Source of the DNA: Bacteroidaceae bacterium
GTDB lineage: Bacteria > Bacteroidota > Bacteroidia > Bacteroidales > Bacteroidaceae
Length of the DNA stretch: 64,000 bases
Assembly (NCBI GenBank): GCA_017521285.1
Contig: JAFXDG010000131.1
Span: forward strand, 40,628 to 104,627
Reading direction: 5' to 3'
Below, piece by piece: positions 10,183-17,433 of this stretch. The notes under the pieces were generated by a model that was not told the origin of the DNA, searched no databases, and saw nothing but the letters and a program-made list of their open reading frames with translations. Both the position numbers and the translations under genes were made by a program. Position 1 is the stretch's first letter. Each line of letters opens with the position of its first letter.

Positions 10183-12669
10183 TTATAGTTTCATTTTTTC
10201 CCATGTTGTTGCAATTGACTTAGAAGGACTTACAGTGGGAGTCTGTACCTTTTTATTAACCAATACAGACTCTTTGGCCACGTTACCCTTGATGTAATCA
10301 GCTAATTCCTTTAGGGTAACATTCCCTTTGGTCTCTTGCAATTTTTTCAATAAGAAATAAGTAAACAACCCATGTCCCTTTTCACTATAAGGAAGAGCTG
10401 TTTCTTTATTTGATACAGCACTGAATACCACCATATTCCCTTTGGGTTCCAGTGGTTTAGGCTTGATAACGACAGCACGTGCTTCGGCCACCATACCACC
10501 ATCACGCTTGGCTCCACAGAAACAGGCATCTAAAAATACCGTTACGGAATGCGCTTGTAATTTGCCCAAATCATTATAGATGTCGTTGAGCGAACAACAT
10601 ACTTTTGTTTGTTTTCCATTAGAATCTTGGGGAAGCAAATAGGAATCCTTACTGTCTTCGTCGGGAATACCATGCCCCGCATAGTAGAATAAAACTTTCA
10701 TTTCTCCTCCGAGAGCAGTAGATAGGTCCTTCATTTGCTCCATTGCTTCAACCATTGTTCCGTAGGTAGCATCTTTGTAAAAAAATATATTTTTCTTTGG
10801 CAAACCCAATGTTTTCTTACAATATTTTGCAAATATCTCTCCATCGTTTATGGCATAAGGAACCTTAGATACATATTTATAGTTTTCGTTAGCAATAATC
10901 AGAGCATATACATTTTCCCTGCCTTTTTTTTCCTTTCCCTCGGGAATATCTGTATCAACATCAGACTTTACGAAATGAGGGGTAGGCGCTGGAACTGGGT
11001 CATCAGGATAAATGGGAATAGGAATCGGGTCAATTTCTATTTTTTCATATTCCGATTTCTTATTATTATCGAAACAATATTTGTTTCCTGTTGGAGTCAC
11101 AAATGTAAGACTCGACAACATAATCTTGCCACTGTCGATGTCGATATAGAATTGTTGCTCTTTAAGCTGCATTCCACTCCAACTTTTCTCAAAAATTTCG
11201 GCTTCTTTGTTGGCACGAGGAACTGGCAATACCAAATCACCGTATTCTGATTCAATTAAGAAGGTCTCATTTTCAGCATCGTAGGGTTTCAGTACAAAAT
11301 CGTCCAATCGAACATGTTGAGCATAAGTCTTGATATACGTTTCCGCCGCCATTTTCTTCAGTTCTTCTACTTTCGCTTTATGAGTAGCTACAGTCACGCG
11401 AGCACTATACTCTGCAATTGTTTCGTACGGGTCTTTTACCATCCATTTTTTTATTTCGTTCTCTACATATTTTTCTGCGTATTGCAAAAATAATGGTTTT
11501 TCTTCTGATGGATTTGGTTTCAGAAATGGCCCAACAGGCTCTTTATCCGAATATGAAATCAGTGCGGGAATGGTGTTACTTGCAACGGTTTGTGCTCCGA
11601 TGCTTGAAAGATTTTCATTTATAATCTCCAACTGTTTTTGATTTCCAATACAACCGTAAGCAGTAGCTAAAGCCTGCATATATTTTACAGAATTAGGCTC
11701 ATTAGCCACAATATTTTTCAAAATAGGAACTGATGCCGAGAAATACTCCTTGGCTTGACGATTGTAGCGTTTTACGTCTTTCCTATCGGTCTCCATAATG
11801 GCTTTGTTGTAGTTCAAAACGCCTAAATTGTAGTAGTTCAGCGCCACATGTTGATTGATATTCAAGTTTTCAGGCTTTGTCTGTTTCAGGCGATTGTAAA
11901 TATTTAATGCCTTCTGATATTCCTGCGTATCTTCGTAAAGAATACCTTGAATATTGAGTAAGGTTTCATCATTTGGACGAATAGCCATAGCTTTGGTTAG
12001 AAAACGTTGAAGATTAACATTGTCCTCTCGCTCAATACAGTTATTGATGGCGATGGAAAGCATATTGAAATCTGAAGGATACTGTCCTGTTGCTTCATCC
12101 AATACTTGCTTGGCTTGATTATAGTCTTTCACATTCATACAAGCTTTAGCCATAAAATAGTACACATCACGGCGTTTATCTTGTTCGTTTGTACTCAAAT
12201 ATACCTTAAAATAACTGATGGATTTATCATAATTACCAATATTGAATGTACCTGAAGCTGCAAAATAAGCCATAGTAGAAAAATATTGGTCGCGTATAAA
12301 AGTATCAGCTTTGAATGCTTCCATCAAAGGAATATCCATATATGCTTGTGCAAAAACCAAAGCATTCTGTTGCTCTCCTCGACTGGAATGAAAAGAAGCT
12401 GCATTTTGTAAAAATGGATAAATCTCACGCAAGCCACGCTTGGCCTGTACGTAGGCAGGCGTGTTTAACGCGGCATTTTCCAAGACTGCTACATATTTCC
12501 TGTAACAATCATAAAGACTTTCATATATGGTGTTTTCTGAAGCACCCTCAATCCGCAACTTATTAAATTGCTGTTGACTATTGGTCGCTTCATCTATGGT
12601 TTGAGCTGCTACCTGACTGAACAACCCAGAAAACAATATTATACAAACCAAAAGTTTTTTCATTTTCAA
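10183..12669 (-). CDS. Exported TPR-repeat caspase-family (peptidase C14) protein
   Basis: Signal peptide; helical TPR-like repeats; ALIIANENY, YYAGHG (catalytic His), FLDACFCG (catalytic Cys), HGLFTYFLL, QTP. Confidence 0.9.
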   Translation of the reverse strand: MKMKKLLVCIILFSGLFSQVAAQTIDEATNSQQQFNKLRIEGASENTIYESLYDCYRKYVAVLENAALNTPAYVQAKRGLREIYPFLQNAASFHSSRGEQQNALVFAQAYMDIPLMEAFKADTFIRDQYFSTMAYFAASGTFNIGNYDKSISYFKVYLSTNEQDKRRDVYYFMAKACMNVKDYNQAKQVLDEATGQYPSDFNMLSIAINNCIEREDNVNLQRFLTKAMAIRPNDETLLNIQGILYEDTQEYQKALNIYNRLKQTKPENLNINQHVALNYYNLGVLNYNKAIMETDRKDVKRYNRQAKEYFSASVPILKNIVANEPNSVKYMQALATAYGCIGNQKQLEIINENLSSIGAQTVASNTIPALISYSDKEPVGPFLKPNPSEEKPLFLQYAEKYVENEIKKWMVKDPYETIAEYSARVTVATHKAKVEELKKMAAETYIKTYAQHVRLDDFVLKPYDAENETFLIESEYGDLVLPVPRANKEAEIFEKSWSGMQLKEQQFYIDIDSGKIMLSSLTFVTPTGNKYCFDNNKKSEYEKIEIDPIPIPIYPDDPVPAPTPHFVKSDVDTDIPEGKEKKGRENVYALIIANENYKYVSKVPYAINDGEIFAKYCKKTLGLPKKNIFFYKDATYGTMVEAMEQMKDLSTALGGEMKVLFYYAGHGIPDEDSKDSYLLPQDSNGKQTKVCCSLNDIYNDLGKLQAHSVTVFLDACFCGAKRDGGMVAEARAVVIKPKPLEPKGNMVVFSAVSNKETALPYSEKGHGLFTYFLLKKLQETKGNVTLKELADYIKGNVAKESVLVNKKVQTPTVSPSKSIATTWEKMKL

Positions 12670-12696
12670 TTATGATTTAATTTATGTAATTATTCT

Positions 12697-14772
12697 TTAG
12701 AATGCATCGACAAACGTCAGTTCTACGTTAATTCGACGAAATTCGCCACCCTTTCCTCTTGTTACTTCAATATAATACTTATAATCAGTGTTCATAGACG
12801 AAAATCCATTGATGTTCTTTGTAATGTAATTATTCACACCCAATGCACGGAGAAAAGCTAATTGCTCATTTTGTGTTACGCCCTCTGTCTTGGTTACAGT
12901 CAGACTGCTAAGATTGCGATCTTTGTACACCGGTTCATCGGTATAATCATCGTAGCAACCGTCATAAGCAATCTTACCGTTGATAGGTAATGCATCAGCT
13001 CTACCTGTAATCTTGATTTGAAGTTTCTTTCCACTTTTTACATAAGGAGCAAATTCACCTTCGAATGCTTGTTTCATAATGGCCAGCATGGACATGGCCG
13101 CGCCCGATTCCTCAGTTTTGTATTTGCCTGGGGCGAAATCCTCTTGTACCGAATAGCCATGTTCTACTTGGTATGAGAAATTGACCACATAATTCAAAAT
13201 CTTCTGTCCGTTGGCATCGGTCGTTGAAACGACATTGGAATTTACGGATATGTTCGTATGATTAGAAATGGTATTAGCCTGCTTGGCAATCTGTACCACA
13301 CTCTCTTTGATTTCTTCCAGTTTCATCTCTTCCATATTGGATAGTTGTATAATTTCCAATGGTACAAACTTGTCATCAGATCTAAGAAATTCAAGTGAAC
13401 GGCGTTCTTGGTTGTCAAAAACATACAATTTGCCAGTCTTTTTATTGTACACATCAGCATATACCAACTCAAATTTGTCATTTTTAGTCAGTCCATATTT
13501 TGTATTACGGAATTCCAAATTACCCGGTTCCATGAAATCTCCCACTTCATCGGTTGGTACATTCAAATAGATGGAAGGCATATTGTCAAAGTTTACAGTC
13601 AACATTTTTAATTCAGGATTATAGTTCCCCAACGAAATATTGGCCATCTGAACTGCGTTATCAGCCATACGAGTTGCAATTTCCTGTTCAAACAGACGAA
13701 TCTGTTTGGCACGCGTTTCTTCATTGACACGTAAATTGTATTCTTCCAACGATTCATTGGGCATTTGTTTCATCCACTCATTCATCTTAGTAGCCAATTC
13801 ATCTGACAATAATTTAATGTAATAAGGAGAAAGTTTACTCATCAATTTGTATATAATGCTGGTAGCAGTATTATATGTGAGAAAAATCTGTTGTTTGCCA
13901 TCTTTTACGAAGCGGGCATCTGTAGTACCTCCAATTGCATTGTCAATATATTCACGGTCGCTACCATCCAAAAGATTTATCACAGCAATACGTTTGTCAC
14001 CGCTGACGACAGATATATATTTCCCTTCTGGATGAAACGAACAATGCAGGGCTTCACCCATAGCGTCGTAATTTTGTTGAATGAAGAAGTTTTGAGTATC
14101 ATAGGTTGAAAGTACACCATCATCGGTCAAAACGGCGAATGTATGATTGTCATCAGAAAAAGCCATACTGTTGATTTTAACACCCATATCGAATTCTTTA
14201 CGTATGCTTTTATTCTCCAAATTCCAGATGTTTAATTTAAAACTGTCTGTTGCAGCCAAATAATAACCATTTGGACTAACTACCATCGAATTAGCCTCAA
14301 AGGGCATTTCCATTCTATCCACTTCAACATACGTCCGTGCATCGAAAGTAATAACATTCTTTGATGTTGCCACTAAAAGATACTTTGCATCAGGTGTATA
14401 GCAGATTCCTGTTGGTTGTTCAAGTTCCTTAAACCTATGTAATTCTTTGTTAGCTTTCCATAAATCATGAATACTAACATTGGTAGTCTTTCCCTCGCGG
14501 GTCAATATAGCAAAAGATATTCCCGAAGGATTTATTTTCATGGAAACAACATCACCCAAAGTACGACTTAAAGGCAAACTGCGAAGATTAAACGTATTCT
14601 TTCCGCTGTAATGGTAAATAGAAAACAAATAATTATCTATACCCTTTGGCGTTGTTTTTTGATTATAAACATATTCAGTTTTTACATTTTGTTCTGCTTG
14701 GGCATAAATCGACCAATAGTTTCCCAGCCATATTACAGTTGCAATAAATATGATTCTTGATAAACCATTCAT
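12697..14772 (-). CDS. Exported WD40 beta-propeller protein with C-terminal OmpA-like domain
   Basis: Signal peptide; repeats VVSPNGYYLA, AFSDDNHTFA, FHPEGKYIS; C-terminal ITGRAD...NEQLAFLRA.GV..YI...FRRINVEL matches the OmpA-like pattern. Confidence 0.75.
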   Translation of the reverse strand: MNGLSRIIFIATVIWLGNYWSIYAQAEQNVKTEYVYNQKTTPKGIDNYLFSIYHYSGKNTFNLRSLPLSRTLGDVVSMKINPSGISFAILTREGKTTNVSIHDLWKANKELHRFKELEQPTGICYTPDAKYLLVATSKNVITFDARTYVEVDRMEMPFEANSMVVSPNGYYLAATDSFKLNIWNLENKSIRKEFDMGVKINSMAFSDDNHTFAVLTDDGVLSTYDTQNFFIQQNYDAMGEALHCSFHPEGKYISVVSGDKRIAVINLLDGSDREYIDNAIGGTTDARFVKDGKQQIFLTYNTATSIIYKLMSKLSPYYIKLLSDELATKMNEWMKQMPNESLEEYNLRVNEETRAKQIRLFEQEIATRMADNAVQMANISLGNYNPELKMLTVNFDNMPSIYLNVPTDEVGDFMEPGNLEFRNTKYGLTKNDKFELVYADVYNKKTGKLYVFDNQERRSLEFLRSDDKFVPLEIIQLSNMEEMKLEEIKESVVQIAKQANTISNHTNISVNSNVVSTTDANGQKILNYVVNFSYQVEHGYSVQEDFAPGKYKTEESGAAMSMLAIMKQAFEGEFAPYVKSGKKLQIKITGRADALPINGKIAYDGCYDDYTDEPVYKDRNLSSLTVTKTEGVTQNEQLAFLRALGVNNYITKNINGFSSMNTDYKYYIEVTRGKGGEFRRINVELTFVDAF

Positions 14773-14843
14773 TTTATTCTGTTTTTAAAGTTAATATTCT
14801 GTTTCTCTCAAGACAAAAACGGAAACAAAACAGTGAAAGCAAA

Positions 14844-15089
14844 TATCCTAAGGACCTCGACAAAAAAGAAGCGCAAGTCCATCTTTCATGTCCTTCGTCG
14901 TTGAGGTCTTAGGATACCCGAATATACAAAAGATAAAGATGTACCTACGCTATACGCAGGCATCTGCCATCTTATTCTTATCGTATATTCTTGAAAGTTC
15001 CTAAGTTTCAACGACGATTAGAATAATAGCAAACGCTATATTTTTCCACAATGTCAGTTGTCAAGGCTCACCACTGCAAGCAATTGACA
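14844..15089 (-). promoter_or_regulatory. Structured 5' leader of the caspase operon (candidate cis-regulatory RNA/attenuator)
   Basis: Long imperfect hairpin 14895-15017, a competing helix 14844-14861 with 14900-14916, and a small hairpin 15052-15089. Confidence 0.55.
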
Positions 15090-15092
15090 GGG

Positions 15093-15100
15093 CAAAGGTA
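15093..15100 (-). promoter_or_regulatory. Bacteroidetes -7 promoter element TACCTTTG for the caspase operon
   Basis: Matches the TAnnTTTG consensus on the minus strand, followed by C. Confidence 0.6.
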
Positions 15101-15131
15101 CAAATAAAAATTAAGAATGAAGAACGAAGAG

Positions 15132-15211
15132 TGAAGAATTTTATGGAATATGTTGAAGAACACAAATTCAGGGACAATTTACTATTAACAAGGTTATTCG
15201 TTCGACGTTGA
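15132..15211. repeat. 80-bp direct repeat, copy 1 (promoter-upstream block)
   Basis: 73/80 identical to 16050-16129. Confidence 0.9.
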
Positions 15212-15321
15212 GGCGTTTATTCGTTGAGGGGTTGAGTGTTGCTTCTGCAACCGTTGAGACGTTGAAGGATTGAGACGATAGCTATAAATATGATTTTATA
15301 GATTTGTGCGTAAACACAAAG

Positions 15322-15828
15322 TTATTCAGGTTTTTGGCTTAACAATTGTACGGATTCTGAAAATTCCGCTACAACTTCAGCCAACAAAGGATTGTCATTA
15401 CGAAGTATCAAGGTTGCAAAATTTACAACTCCTTCTTCGTCTACGATAGAAGAAGTCAGCATTGTGAATAAAGCTTTGTATCGGTAAGTCTCGAACCAAT
15501 ATTCAAACAAACGACTACGTATTCCTTGTTTCCCATCACCAGTTTCACAGAGGTACAATAGAGTCGATTGATTTTTGTTAAAGAACTCGTCAACTATGGC
15601 CAAAATAGAGTCTCTGACTTTAGTATCCCGTGGCGACTTTACATTATTGAGATTAGCGATAATCAATTGAAATGACTCTCCAGTCTCAATCAAATCATCT
15701 GGAACAAAGTCAACAGCATAGTGCACTCCCTTTTTCGTAAAAAAACGGAATGTCCCTACTGTATCTCCTTCCGTAACAGCGTACGGAGCCGACCTGTTAA
15801 TTCGTTCCAAAGATAGCGTATTCATCAT
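15322..15828 (-). CDS. DUF6169-like protein
   Basis: INRSAPY.V...F.F.T..GV.Y.V.F, SPRD.KVRD.I.AI..EFF..N...LLY.CETGDGKQ..R.RLF..WF. Confidence 0.75.
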   Translation of the reverse strand: MMNTLSLERINRSAPYAVTEGDTVGTFRFFTKKGVHYAVDFVPDDLIETGESFQLIIANLNNVKSPRDTKVRDSILAIVDEFFNKNQSTLLYLCETGDGKQGIRSRLFEYWFETYRYKALFTMLTSSIVDEEGVVNFATLILRNDNPLLAEVVAEFSESVQLLSQKPE

Positions 15829-15829
15829 A

Positions 15830-15982
15830 TCATAGTACAAAGAAATCCTTGGCTTCTACTCCCATGCGTGCTTTATACTCCTTACGCATATCTTCTTCCA
15901 ATTTTACCAGGTATGCTCTTTTCTTATTTCTTGAGGCCTGAAATCTTTTCATCACCTCTTCTTTAGTGGCTACTCTTTTCAT
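15830..15982 (-). CDS. Small basic helical protein (50 aa) coupled to the DUF6169 gene
   Basis: MKRVATKEEVMKRFQAS...; stop 1 nt before the DUF6169 ATG; start chosen downstream of the TATCTTTG element at 16010-16017. Confidence 0.65.
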   Translation of the reverse strand: MKRVATKEEVMKRFQASRNKKRAYLVKLEEDMRKEYKARMGVEAKDFFVL

Positions 15983-16049
15983 TGCTTGAAACTGATGGGT
16001 TGACATTTGCAAAGATAGTACTTAATTATGAATTATATATCATGAATGA

Positions 16050-16129
16050 TGAAGAATTTTGTGGAATATGTTGGAAAACACAAATTCAGGGACAATTTAC
16101 CAATTACAAGGTGATTCGTTCGACGTTGA
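16050..16129. repeat. 80-bp direct repeat, copy 2
   Basis: 73/80 identical to 15132-15211; also sits about 33 bp from a minus-strand -7 promoter element. Confidence 0.9.
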
Positions 16130-16316
16130 AAGGTTGATGCGTTGAGCTCAAGGTCTAAGGTCAAAGGTTGAAAGTAATGGGGCGTTGATTCGTTCGGCGT
16201 TGAAAGGTTGATGCGTTGAGCTCAAGGTCTAAGGTCAAAAGTCAAAAGTCAAAGGACTAAGGTCTAAGCCATCTGCTATCGCCATCTGCCATCGCTATCA
16301 GCTATCGCCAATAGCT
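16112..16316. repeat. 54-bp duplication plus 7-8-mer degenerate microsatellites
   Basis: 16112-16165 and 16186-16239 are 53/54 identical; runs of (aaggtct/aaggtca) and (gctatc/gccatc). Confidence 0.85.
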
Positions 16317-16326
16317 GTATTTGTCG

Positions 16327-16846
16327 CTTTCCTTTACATCCACTGGTAATAATTTCCACTTTTCTATCTCCTTTCTATTTCATCAGAGGATAAGGCTTTG
16401 TGAGGGGTGGTTTTTGGTATATATATACAATGTACAAAGGCCGGAAGACAGGAGATGGGAAGGGCGTGTGCACACGTGCCGCTGACCGTGTGCACACGGT
16501 CGGTGGAGTTTCTTCAGACACTCTGCTATAGGTTGTGCTTACGGTCAATAGAGGGTGTGCACACGGTCGCGAGGGGATGTGACTGCAAACGGGTGAAATG
16601 TATAATTATTCAATCTGACTGTATAAATATGCAAAACAGACCGTGCGAGAATCGCGTATATGGGCGCGACTTTTCTTTTGGACGAAAATATGCAAGAATT
16701 TTAAGAGGTGGATAAGTGACTGAACATCAACCTATAGATGAGGTAAGATTATCACAGGGCTAAGCCTGCCTTAACCCTGAGGTGGGCAAAAAGGAATAAC
16801 CTGCGTTTTCGATTTCTTTACATAGTAAGGTGTGAAATATTTACAA
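16327..16846. repeat. ~520-bp dispersed non-coding element, copy 1
   Basis: Colinear with 33754-34272 over its whole length; GTGTGCACAC palindromes at 16466, 16488 and 16555. Confidence 0.9.
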
Positions 16847-16863
16847 ATGGAGATGTTCTTTTA

Positions 16864-17062
16864 TTTCGAACGCAGAGACGCTGAGGCGCAGAGGCCTCTT
16901 TTTAAGAGGTTAATGGAGACTTGGAGAGTAAAACGCCCTATGAGCGTTTTGAGGTGTGCCATTGGCTGACTTGTCGGCCAAAACTCTGCGCACTCGGGAT
17001 ACTCTCTATCAAATGGAAGGATTCTCCGCGTCTCTGCGTCTCTGCGTTTTTTAGTTCGAAAT
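16864..17062. repeat. MITE/REP-like element with inverted arms built from 9-mer units
   Basis: aacgcagagacgctgaggcgcagag versus ctccgcgtctctgcgtctctgcgtt (22/25 complementary), with ttcgaa at both ends. Confidence 0.6.
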
Positions 17063-17090
17063 GTTTACAAAGAGTGTCACTCCGCTTTGC

Positions 17091-17414
17091 TCAGCCTTCC
17101 ATCAGAACGGCGGTTCCACTGGCGGTCACCATCAGCATGCTGCTGTTGCCGCCTACGGTTTCATAGTCGAGGTCGACACCTATCACGGCATTGGCTCCCA
17201 TGCGACGGGCTTCTTCTTCCATCTCGCGCAAAGCAGTGCTCTTGGCTTCGCGCAAGACCTCTTCGTAAGAACTGGAGCGTCCGCCGACAAAGTCGCGCAC
17301 GCTGGCAAAAATATCGCGAAGGAAATTGGCTCCAATGATGGTTTCGCCCGACACAATGCCGTAGTACTTGACAATGCGATGTCCTTCGATGTTGGGTGTG
17401 GTTGTTGTAAGCAT
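17091..17414 (-). CDS. ybjQ: YbjQ/UPF0145 family protein
   Basis: [37 protein letters not shown]...AL.EM...A...[12 protein letters not shown]...ASGTAV. Confidence 0.93.
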   Translation of the reverse strand: MLTTTTPNIEGHRIVKYYGIVSGETIIGANFLRDIFASVRDFVGGRSSSYEEVLREAKSTALREMEEEARRMGANAVIGVDLDYETVGGNSSMLMVTASGTAVLMEG

Positions 17415-17433
17415 AATGCGTTAGTTTATTTCA

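Noticed and set aside
4084-15293. agctataaata(c/t)ga at 4084 and 15280 as a target-site duplication
   Set aside because: Short and AT-rich, and does not match the island limits defined by the other repeats; plausibly chance.
16407-16715. 102-aa Cys-rich ORF in the 520-bp element (and ORFs 33801-34157, 33841-34032, 33894-34118 in copy 2)
   Set aside because: The reading frames are not preserved between the two copies, so the element is treated as non-coding.
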